Assembly (NCBI GenBank): GCA_035084275.1
Contig: CM068747.1
Coordinates: 2,976,001 to 3,040,000 of the forward strand
Direction: 5' to 3'
Length of the DNA stretch: 64,000 nucleotides
DNA from: Hydrolagus colliei
Taxonomy: Eukaryota
The translations under genes were made by a program, and so were the position numbers. Every line of letters begins with the position of its first letter. Positions within the stretch are counted from its first letter, which is position 1. The notes below the pieces were generated by a model. It had not been told where the DNA came from, ran no database searches, and saw only the letters and a program-made list of their open reading frames with translations. Shown one piece after another: positions 51,501 to 58,810 of the stretch.

Positions 51501-51618
51501 GTTCATCCTGGTCCGGAGTTAAAGGTTTAAAATGTGTGAGATGGGAAGGGCTAGAAGGAGAGCGAGGTTGTTCATTCCCAGGTTCCAGGGCAGAGGAAGT
51601 CTTCTCTTCTGCTGCCAT
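12473..51618 (-). CDS. PIKFYVE: PIKfyve 1-phosphatidylinositol 3-phosphate 5-kinase, complete CDS, 41 coding exons, about 2135 aa
   Basis: Continuous frame across all exons (6408 nt): FYVE ([13 protein letters not shown]), DEP, CCT/Cpn60-like, CCR and PIPK domains ([36 protein letters not shown]); ends LGLNC*; adjacent to IDH1 as in tetrapods. Confidence 0.97.
13340..13668 (+). mobile_element. L2-type LINE 3' end
   Basis: Translates as [29 protein letters not shown] (L2 ORF2 end); (TTG)n tail. Confidence 0.8.
13665..13922 (-). mobile_element. tRNA-derived SINE
   Basis: Head GAGTCCCGTAGCTCAGTGG..TTGCAAG..GGTTCAATTCC with A/B boxes plus the shared body. Confidence 0.8.
14394..14468 (-). CDS. 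PIKFYVE: PIKFYVE coding exon 40
   Basis: [25 protein letters not shown]. Confidence 0.95.
14913..15174 (-). CDS. PIKFYVE: PIKFYVE coding exon 39
   Basis: [27 protein letters not shown]. Confidence 0.95.
15586..15714 (-). CDS. PIKFYVE: PIKFYVE coding exon 38
   Basis: [28 protein letters not shown]. Confidence 0.94.
16670..16773 (-). CDS. PIKFYVE: PIKFYVE coding exon 37
   Basis: [24 protein letters not shown]. Confidence 0.94.
17622..17798 (-). CDS. PIKFYVE: PIKFYVE coding exon 36 (kinase)
   Basis: [31 protein letters not shown]. Confidence 0.95.
19109..19168 (-). CDS. PIKFYVE: PIKFYVE coding exon 35
   Basis: [17 protein letters not shown]. Confidence 0.9.
19800..19952 (+). mobile_element. 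SINE 3' half
   Basis: AATTGGCTGC..CAGTCAATTCACTTTACAGTATATTCTGTGAAGCGCTTTGAGA..(ATT)n. Confidence 0.75.
21915..22079 (-). CDS. PIKFYVE: PIKFYVE coding exon 34
   Basis: [23 protein letters not shown]. Confidence 0.9.
22258..22346 (-). CDS. PIKFYVE: PIKFYVE coding exon 33
   Basis: [14 protein letters not shown]..; frame-preserving. Confidence 0.8.
22821..22904 (-). CDS. PIKFYVE: PIKFYVE coding exon 32
   Basis: [11 protein letters not shown]..; AG/GT, phase 2-2. Confidence 0.85.
23005..23100 (-). CDS. PIKFYVE: PIKFYVE coding exon 31
   Basis: [31 protein letters not shown]. Confidence 0.93.
24115..24235 (-). CDS. PIKFYVE: PIKFYVE coding exon 30
   Basis: [33 protein letters not shown]. Confidence 0.93.
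24807..24962 (-). CDS. PIKFYVE: PIKFYVE coding exon 29 (probable GC donor)
   Basis: [16 protein letters not shown]; donor AAG|GCAAGA keeps the frame. Confidence 0.78.
25185..25265. repeat. Perfect 33-bp inverted repeat with a 15-nt loop
   Basis: Arms 25185-25217 and 25233-25265 are exact reverse complements. Confidence 0.9.
26134..26194 (-). CDS. PIKFYVE: PIKFYVE coding exon 28
   Basis: [20 protein letters not shown]. Confidence 0.85.
26602..26692 (-). CDS. PIKFYVE: PIKFYVE coding exon 27
   Basis: [24 protein letters not shown]. Confidence 0.92.
26986..27140 (-). CDS. PIKFYVE: PIKFYVE coding exon 26
   Basis: [19 protein letters not shown]. Confidence 0.9.
27266..27374 (-). CDS. PIKFYVE: PIKFYVE coding exon 25
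   Basis: [25 protein letters not shown]. Confidence 0.9.
27462..27575 (-). CDS. PIKFYVE: PIKFYVE coding exon 24
   Basis: [21 protein letters not shown]. Confidence 0.9.
28057..28235 (-). CDS. PIKFYVE: PIKFYVE coding exon 23
   Basis: [26 protein letters not shown]. Confidence 0.94.
28489..28660 (-). CDS. PIKFYVE: PIKFYVE coding exon 22
   Basis: [32 protein letters not shown]. Confidence 0.94.
28875..28946 (-). CDS. PIKFYVE: PIKFYVE coding exon 21
   Basis: [23 protein letters not shown]. Confidence 0.93.
30409..30509 (-). CDS. PIKFYVE: PIKFYVE coding exon 20 (GC donor)
   Basis: [23 protein letters not shown]; donor TG|GCAAGT. Confidence 0.9.
30762..31981 (-). CDS. PIKFYVE: PIKFYVE coding exon 19 (1220-nt large exon)
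   Basis: [35 protein letters not shown]. Confidence 0.95.
32148..32320 (-). mobile_element. SINE 3' half
   Basis: Same family as 37768-38068. Confidence 0.75.
32613..32739 (-). CDS. PIKFYVE: PIKFYVE coding exon 18
   Basis: [25 protein letters not shown]. Confidence 0.93.
33279..33419 (-). CDS. PIKFYVE: PIKFYVE coding exon 17
   Basis: [27 protein letters not shown]. Confidence 0.93.
33887..33994 (-). CDS. PIKFYVE: PIKFYVE coding exon 16
   Basis: [27 protein letters not shown]. Confidence 0.93.
34112..34186 (-). CDS. PIKFYVE: PIKFYVE coding exon 15
   Basis: [25 protein letters not shown]. Confidence 0.93.
34469..34649 (-). CDS. PIKFYVE: PIKFYVE coding exon 14
   Basis: [26 protein letters not shown]. 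Confidence 0.93.
35782..35911 (-). CDS. PIKFYVE: PIKFYVE coding exon 13
   Basis: [25 protein letters not shown]. Confidence 0.92.
36308..36370 (-). CDS. PIKFYVE: PIKFYVE coding exon 12
   Basis: [21 protein letters not shown]. Confidence 0.88.
37408..37575 (-). CDS. PIKFYVE: PIKFYVE coding exon 11
   Basis: [26 protein letters not shown]. Confidence 0.92.
37768..38068 (+). mobile_element. Full-length tRNA(Ala-like)-head SINE
   Basis: GAGTCCGGTAGCTCAGT..CTTGCAAG..GGTTCAATTCC head, shared body, (ATT)n tail. Confidence 0.85.
40896..41043 (-). CDS. PIKFYVE: PIKFYVE coding exon 10
   Basis: [28 protein letters not shown]. Confidence 0.92.
41130..41340 (-). mobile_element. SINE 3' half
   Basis: Same family as 37768-38068. 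Confidence 0.75.
42707..42818 (-). CDS. PIKFYVE: PIKFYVE coding exon 9 (DEP)
   Basis: [28 protein letters not shown]. Confidence 0.93.
43746..43903 (-). CDS. PIKFYVE: PIKFYVE coding exon 8 (DEP)
   Basis: [30 protein letters not shown]. Confidence 0.93.
44225..44635 (-). mobile_element. Older Deu-domain-like SINE
   Basis: Diverged reverse copy of the 54430-54815 type. Confidence 0.6.
44684..44822 (-). CDS. PIKFYVE: PIKFYVE coding exon 7
   Basis: [20 protein letters not shown]. Confidence 0.93.
45954..46043 (-). CDS. PIKFYVE: PIKFYVE coding exon 6
   Basis: [19 protein letters not shown]. Confidence 0.88.
46905..47310 (-). mobile_element. L2-type LINE 3' end
   Basis: [26 protein letters not shown]; CATCGGGAGGATGTCCC tail motif. 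Confidence 0.75.
47496..47703 (-). CDS. PIKFYVE: PIKFYVE coding exon 5
   Basis: [29 protein letters not shown]. Confidence 0.93.
48298..48805 (+). mobile_element. tRNA-head SINE interrupted by a MITE
   Basis: Head at 48298-48405; body resumes at about 48611. Confidence 0.85.
48408..48608 (+). mobile_element. Tc1/mariner(pogo)-type MITE, copy 1
   Basis: 21-bp TIR CAGTAAAAGCCCATTTATCCG with TA on both sides. Confidence 0.88.
48911..49082 (-). CDS. PIKFYVE: PIKFYVE coding exon 4 (FYVE)
   Basis: [41 protein letters not shown]. Confidence 0.95.
49257..49470 (-). mobile_element. Same MITE family, copy 2 (inverted relative to copy 1)
   Basis: TA-CAGTAAAAG..CTTTTACTG-TA; interior is the reverse complement of copy 1. 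Confidence 0.85.
50061..50179 (-). CDS. PIKFYVE: PIKFYVE coding exon 3
   Basis: [29 protein letters not shown]. Confidence 0.92.
50681..50869 (-). CDS. PIKFYVE: PIKFYVE coding exon 2
   Basis: [21 protein letters not shown]; AG/GT, phase 1-1. Confidence 0.82.
51447..51618 (-). CDS. PIKFYVE: PIKFYVE coding exon 1
   Basis: [39 protein letters not shown]; acceptor at 51627. Confidence 0.93.
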
Positions 51619-51634
51619 CTCATCCACCTTAATA

Positions 51635-51812
51635 GAACAACAACAAAGTTACATTTGTATAGCGCCTTTCACGTCAGGAGGACATCCCAAGACGCTGGAT
51701 ATCCAATGTTTCAGACGCGAGCTGGGCTGGGGGACAGGGAGGATGGAGGGAAAGGGGGGATTTGGGGTGACCATCGAAGAAAAGGGTCTTGAGGTGGGAC
51801 TTGAAGAAGGCT
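51635..51812 (-). mobile_element. L2-type 3' fragment abutting the PIKFYVE acceptor
   Basis: (CAA)n-ACATTTGTATAGCGCCTTTCACGTCAGGAGGACATCCC. Confidence 0.75.
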
Positions 51813-52969
51813 AGGGAGGGGGAGGGACTGTTATTGATATAACAACGACAACAAAATTACATTTGTATAGTGGCTTTCTTGTTAATAATAGCATCATAAA
51901 CTGAATAGATCCTCTGCTGAATAACATTACACCTATAGCAACTGTGGGATGGTACTTTCTTGTTCTTGAAAAGCCCTTTTTGTTAAGTAAAATGAATAAT
52001 AGCATGCCGCTAAGCCTAATGAAATATTCTGAATTCCTGGGTTCAAGCAATAATACAATTCAATAATTTTAAAAAATGGAAGGTGGCAGACCAACAACTG
52101 CTTAAATACCAGATTTCTACCATTGGGTTTTACAATTAGGAGAGAGAGATGTGGAATGGATGCAAAGTATTGAATCAAAATGAACATGGTCATAATAGAA
52201 CAGATGCAGTTGCCTTGATCCCCTCTAGTCCCTCTGAAAGATATAATAGTTTGGAACCAGAGACTGATTGAATCCAGAAGTAGATGTTTTAAAATATTTC
52301 TGGTCTGTATAAAATACATGTTCACTGACATGCATCCTGCTTTCATGCTCCCTTTTAAGAATAAGCTGATCTGAGAAGTAAGGAAAAGCCTTTTGAATGT
52401 TATACAGTATTCAATTTGTTAAATTCATGGTGATGTTTGGCCTCATGAACCTTTCCCCTTCAGCAAGTATTCTCAATAAAAAATACTCTTCCCTGTGTTC
52501 CTGATAATATTTTTTTCCCTGCACTATGCTGCATCATCCACATAACACCCTTCAGAAAAAGATGTGAAAGTCAGATTGTAATTTTATCTCCAGCCTGCAA
52601 AATTGTTGTACAATGCTACAATTAAGCAGGAGACACCATAACTTAATGACACAAATCAGACTCTATCTGCTTCTCCAGCCCCTGAGGAAGATTAGATTTG
52701 CTTCAGCTCCCTAGAGCGTGATTCATTCACTGAGCTCCATTACAAACGATCCATCTACAGTCAAAGCACGCGCCAAAAGGTGAATCACAGAAATTAATGC
52801 AAAAGTCAAAAGTTTTTTTTTCAACCTATGGTTGAATCTTTAGCTCCCACCAGATCAATGATTAGCAGCTGCACTCTCCTAACCAAGCCTGGAGGAAGAA
52901 TACATTGACATTATTTTACATGTATTTTATACTGGCCAGAAATATTTCCAAACATGTTAATAAATGGAA

Positions 52970-53185
52970 AAAACACACAAAATACTGCAAATGCTGGAAA
53001 TCTGAAACAAAAGCAGCAATTGCTGGTAACACTCAGCAGGTCAGGCAGCATCTGTGGAGAAAGGAAAAGTGAGCCAATGTTTTGGATTCATGACCTTTCG
53101 TCGTGCACCCGAAACGTTGACTCACTTTTCCTTTCTCCATAGATGCTGCCTGACCTGCTGAGTGTTCCCAGCGATTGCTGTTTAT
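52970..53185. mobile_element. Palindromic Penelope-like element remnant
   Basis: About 80-bp inverted arms ACACTCAGCAGGTCAGGCAGCATCT..AGATGCTGCCTGACCTGCTGAGTGT; CGAAACG next to the loop; family assignment from memory of shark repeats. Confidence 0.6.
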
Positions 53186-53192
53186 GTGAATA

Positions 53193-53408
53193 CAATGAAA
53201 GCCTGTTTATCCGGCACCCTCGGGACCTGGCCAATGCCGGTTAAAGCTCCTGCTGGATATTTGGCCGAAAACACAAAAAATAAAAAGAAATGCAATTTCA
53301 GTGCATTTTTCCAGATAAATTCCGGTTAATTAAATGCGGACTTCTTTTGCGATGCCGGTTATATGGAAGTTTCTGTTGATCGGGTGCTGGATAAACAGGT
53401 TTTTACTG
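53193..53408 (+). mobile_element. Same MITE family, copy 3
   Basis: TA-CAATGAAAGCCTGTTTATCC..GGATAAACAGGTTTTACTG-TA. Confidence 0.85.
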
Positions 53409-54429
53409 TAAATGGAGCTACCTGATCTAATCACTATCCTGTTTCAAACTAGTATGCCCCATAAAAAGGATAGGAATCACTTCTTTTGGGAAGAAAAAGG
53501 ATAGGTTTGTTTAAGGGAGAGCACAGGATAATGGAACTGGGAGAAGGACAGAATTTTTTCTTGCCCCTAGAACAGGAACACGAAATCAAAAAACAGTTTG
53601 TGTTTTGAGGTGTCTCAAACTAGCTTTGTTGCCAAAAGGTGAGAAGAAGCAATAAAAGCTTCATATCAGTAATAACACATGATCCATCTACCTGCCAAAA
53701 ATCCAGGCAATGATTTTTATTTCCATGACAAAATGGAGACACTATACTTGTTCTTCACCAAACTGACCAGCAATTCAGGAGATAGCAGATACTGTAATTA
53801 GTTTCAAGCTAAAGTTTACAATAATATATTTATATAATAGAATAGCAGCCAGTTTCAAAGCACATCAAATTCACTATTCAAACAAACAAAATTACATTTA
53901 TGGAGCGCCTTTCAGGTTGGGAGGACGTCCCAAGGCACTACACGATAGCTGAAAGTGGAGATCTGAAGGTATAGATTATTAATAATTTTCACAAAGTTCA
54001 TAAATCAACACAGCATCCTAACTTGCAATTGTCTTGATTTTCTGTTACAAGTGGAATTCAACTTTCGCAATATTGCACCACTTGCTCAGTTATTTTCTTT
54101 TCAGAATATTTGTAGCTAACTACTGTCTAAAACTAATCATTGACCTACTTCAAGATGGTTGTTTAAAGGGTGTCTAAATCTCTTGGGATACCGTCTCCTT
54201 CTCTGTAAGAACACACCAGATTTCCATTCTTACTTATACTCCAAAACAGCTAGAGCCAAGTCAGTGTAGATGAATACAGGTCACATGCTACTGCACAAGA
54301 ACATGACACTAACAACATTTCTACTTTAACAACCATTCATTTTGTTCAGATACAGAACATTAGCTCATCCACACACGTGACTAAAATCTCTTCCTGATTG
54401 TATTTGTCAAATTTGTGAAACAAATGTGT

Positions 54430-54815
54430 GTTTGTATGGCTCAGTGGCAGGTTTGGATTCACACCCCATGTCAGGACGCAATCATATAGACCAAGCTACA
54501 CTCCAATGCAGCGCTAGAGGTGCATTGCATTGTGAGGTGCCATCCTTTGGAAGAGACATGAAACCAAGCTCCTGGAGGTTAAAGATCCCGTGGCACTTTT
54601 CAAAAAGACTAGGGAGTTTCTCCTGCTGTCCTGGCCAACAATCCTCCCAAATAAAATTGGTCACTCACTCCATGGTCGTTTGTGGGACATTGTTGTGCGC
54701 AAACTGGCGGCCGTATTTCACTCACAAAATACAATCGATTCAGTTTTGAGTATATCATGTGAAGTGCTTTGAGATGTCTTGATGAAGCGATATGGTGATA
54801 TCAAATGTTATTATT
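54430..54815 (+). mobile_element. Deu-domain-like SINE
   Basis: Degenerate tRNA head, TAAAGATCCCGTGGCAC..GTCCTGGCCAA core and the shared tail. Confidence 0.65.
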
Positions 54816-55427
54816 AAATTGTGCATTGCAGTTACTCAGAAAGGTAATTTAAGTGTTGTTTTATACTCCACTACTGCAGTAAAAATTAACTCTTACTGTA
54901 TATACCAGGTATTCAATCTGACAAAAAATATTAAATAAATCAGTCACTTAAAGGTCATCCATTCATTACACGAACAAATACGTTTAAGTTTCTAAACAGC
55001 AGGAAATTATCCATTTTACTTCAAGAATTTCAATGTAGCCTCTGTCTTATCATAATTTCAGAGGTCATTGGTTGATTTTACCCAAATATGTCAAATATCT
55101 TTACTCAAAGAAAGCTTCATTCAGTTAAGTTACTTAGCAAACGTTCATGACAATGGGACATTATTTTAGCAACAATTTCTCCCTTTATTCTGTAGAATAC
55201 AGTAACTTCTGTTCCTTTAAATATAATTTCATAGCTGTTGGCAACGCTTTAATGCTTTGTCCAACTGTCCAGTCTGTATACATACAAACATTCAAGGACT
55301 GTTCATAAGTGGATTTGCATCACCGGCATCCTTGAACCTGATTCTGTCCTTACTTGATTTCCACACACCTTGTACTGGAATCCTGGCTGATTGTTTTCCC
55401 TCACTGATGTTTCAGCATCTCAATCTA

Positions 55428-55765
55428 TAATAATAATAATCCTTGCATTTGATATAGCGCTTTCCACATCTTATCAAGTCCCAAAGCGCTTCACAGAATA
55501 TACTGTAAAGTGAATTGACTGTATATATTTGTGGGCGAATCGTGGCAGCCAATTGCGCACAGCAGTGTCCCCCACACACAGTCGTGGATTGAAATGACCA
55601 ATTTTATTATTGTGGTTTTTTTTTGGAGGGATTATTATTAGGCGTGTGGAGTAAGGAAACTTGCCCAAGGTTTCGCCCTGACCTGCCTGGATTCAAACAC
55701 AGATCTCCCCAACTTGGTCTCGCCAGCTTGCAAGACAAGTGCTCTAACCACTGAGCCACAGGAGC
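55428..55765 (-). mobile_element. Near full-length tRNA-head SINE
   Basis: Reverse copy of 37768-38068 with an insertion in the head. Confidence 0.8.
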
Positions 55766-57419
55766 TCCACAATCTATAGTTAAGATGTGGCACCATCAAG
55801 AAAATCAGTCCCAGTTCCCTGCACCTTCACAACTTTCATTCTACAGTAAATTTTCCCATTTCATCTTTTACTTCACTCACATATTTACAGTCAATTCACT
55901 TTACAGTATATTCTGTGCAGCGCTTTGAGATGTCTAGACGACGTGAAAAGTGCTAAGCAAATGCGAGTATATTACTGTTCAAATGAATAAATCAAACGAA
56001 TGTTCCTCTACTTTAACTATGCCATCCATAAATGAACAAATTACATACCAAAAACTATCAGCTGATGAAGACACGGAACAATATCTGGAAAAATGTTACT
56101 TGCCAAAATATTACCTGAAATATATCATAAGAGTAATCACCCCTTCATTTGTTGTCATGCATCAGCATCATTTCAAATGTCTCCAAATGTTTCACTGGAT
56201 TTAGCAGTAAAGTGTAACAACTGAGTACAGTATTTGTAAGGAAATGTTGCAGGCCATTTGTGCACAGCAATGTCCCTCAAAAGCTATGCATTTTAATCAC
56301 AGATAAGGCTGTGAATAATGAAGATACTGGTATCTTCACATCAGGAGGACGTCCCACCGCCATGGGACGTCCTTCCGACGTGAAAGGCACTATACAAATG
56401 TAATTTTGTATTTTGTCTTGTACTATCAGCCACTGTTTCTGGAAATCTTGTGCCTGGTGAGGATGCTATATGAATAAGGTTTATTACATACACCCATCTA
56501 TAATAAACTTAGACCTGCATATTTCCAAAATACAACATAAAATTGTCTATTTTGTTTGTAATAAAATGTGTTAAGTGATAACAACCAACAAACCAACCAA
56601 CCAGAAATAGTATTCTCATATTTCAGTGGGTATGTACACACATCACTGATGACAGCTATACACAATTTGTCTTATTGCGAGCTTTCTATTAAAAAAGTAC
56701 ACATTTACACATCACCATGAACACTTATATAATAATAATAATAATCCTTGCATTTGATATAGCACTTTTCACATCTTATCAATATCTCAAAGCGCTTCAC
56801 AGAATATACTGTAAAGTGAATTGACTGTATATTTGTTCGCTTAATAGTGGCATATTGTATCATCACGACATCTCAAAGGGCTGCTCAGAACTTATGAAGT
56901 GCACTGACTGTATTTGTAGACAAATATGGCAGACAATGTGCAAGCGGCATATCGATCACATCAGCAGATAATGGAAAGCTGTTTGGTAAACACGATTTTA
57001 AAAAAAAAAAAAACATGTTTGAGGAGCCAGGCACATTGACAAAAACATAAAAGGAACATCATCAGCTGATCACAAGATCAGTTTGCAGTCACATCATCTT
57101 CCTTCAAAGGCAGACAGACCACAACCACAGCTCCACCCAGGTCAGGGTGAATGAAGCTGGATCAGTCATCACCGGATGGCGATGTTCTCTCTCCAGGTGA
57201 AGTGCAGCAACTTCAGCCAAAGCTCAAACCACAAGTGCAGCTTCCCCAGCCCCCCCTCCCCCCCCCCCCCCCTCCTCCTCCCCCTCACGCCCCGCACCAG
57301 CACCCAGGGAAACTGCGGGCCTGGCGGAGGAACGAAGAGGCTGTCAAAGGGCAGAGAGCCACAACAAACCGGAACAACAAACAGCCACCGCACACCATGG
57401 TGGGGCCTAACACACGGAG

Positions 57420-57780
57420 ACAGCCCCACAGCCAGCCACAGTCTGCTCCCCGCGGCTCCTACCTCTCAAAGTGTCCACATTCGGCGGCCGCTGTCACTTT
57501 CACTTAAACATCACGGTCAGTGTTTCCTGGTCCCGGGGTGGGTGTGTGTGGACATCTCTCTCTCTCTCTCTCTCTCGCTCTCGCACCATCACCGGTTCCC
57601 ACCAATGTGAAGAGCCGGTAGCTCCGCCAATCCACTAGTCGCTCCCACACCGGGGAACTCACGTGCGCGTCGCTGACGCTCCTGCCGTTCAGCGTGCGCG
57701 CCTCCGCCACCTCTGCCGTTCAGCGTGCGCGCCGCCACCGTCACTGCCATTTCGCCTGCAATTCTTCCTCAGCTTTTCTC
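57420..57780 (-). promoter_or_regulatory. PIKFYVE: PIKFYVE CpG-island promoter and non-coding first exon(s); candidate donors after 57663 (CAC|GTGAGT) and 57463 (GAG|GTAGGA)
   Basis: Only CpG-dense island upstream of coding exon 1 before the IDH1 island; contains a tandem GGCGCGCACGCTGAACGGCAG duplication. Confidence 0.7.
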
Positions 57781-57819
57781 AGCCACAACAGAATGCTTCA
57801 GGCGCAAAGGCTCTAAACT

Positions 57820-58110
57820 CAACAACAACAACAACACTACACTTGTGCACAGAGTCTTTCACATCAGGAGGATGTCCCAAGGCACTGGACAGTCATTGTT
57901 TCAGACCCGAGCTGGGGACGGGGAGGGGTGGAGGGAAAGGGGGGGGGGGGGGCGGGGGCATTTGGGGTGACCGATGGGACCGTCAAAGAGGAGGGTCTTG
58001 AGGTAGGACTTGAAGGAGGCCAGGGAGGGGGCGAGGTGGAGGGACAGGAGGATGGCTTCCAGAGGTTGAGGGCTGAGTGACTGAATGCTTGCCCGCCAAT
58101 GGTGGGGTGG
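57820..58110 (-). mobile_element. L2-type 3' fragment
   Basis: (CAA)n tail and CATCAGGAGGATGTCCCAAGGCACTG. Confidence 0.75.
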
Positions 58111-58214
58111 GTGGGTGGGTCAGGGGAGACGGATCTGTTAAGTAAAACTGATTACTTTTCATCTATTCCAGCTCTGCTCTTATTTTTTTTGTATAACTTG
58201 ACAATTTGGCTTCA

Positions 58215-58810
58215 AGCATCGACTAGATTTAAGACGGGTGGAGAAGGAGCGAAGCTGGGAAGCAGCGACTCATTCCAGGGCTTTAGAGAGGAATGGGAGG
58301 TTGGAGATGGGGCAGTAGCTGCAGTGTAGGGATGGGTCCAGTGAAGGGTTTTTTTTCAGGATGGAGGTGATGACAGCTGTTTTTAGATGGATTGGAACGA
58401 TGTCGATGGATAGGGAGACGTTGATAATGTCAACTAAAGGGGCTAGGAGGTGGAGCTGGGAGATGAGAGAGGTATCAATGTGGTTGAGAGAGAAGGTGGT
58501 GGGTTTCATTTTTCAGATGAGTGGAGAGAGGGCGTGGGGAGAGAGCGTGGGGAGAGATAAGGTCAAAGGTGTGTAGTGGGGGGTTGAAGGGGAGTGGATC
58601 CCGGGGGAGAGGTAATGGGGAGGTAGTGGTGGATGAGGTAGAGGTGGACGAGGTAGAGGTGGCTGAACAGATCCCCTCATTTTTTGATTCGAGTAAGTCC
58701 AGCATCTCCTCACAGTTGGAGTTGTAAGATAGGACGGGTGAGGCATGGGAGGGTGAACGGAGGAGACAATTTGTGGTGGAGAAGAGGAGCCTGGGGTTGT
58801 CAATGATGGA
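58215..58810 (-). mobile_element. Degenerate L2 ORF2 fragment (just before the RT core)
   Basis: KTAVITSILKK..LDPS..YCPISNLPFLSKALE matches the L2 LDP..NYRPISNLPFLSK.LE motif; frameshifted. Confidence 0.8.

Noticed and set aside
57151-58001. Pro/Gly-rich ORFs in the CpG island
   Set aside because: Low-complexity GC-rich frames overlapping the promoter and L2 sequence, with no protein similarity.
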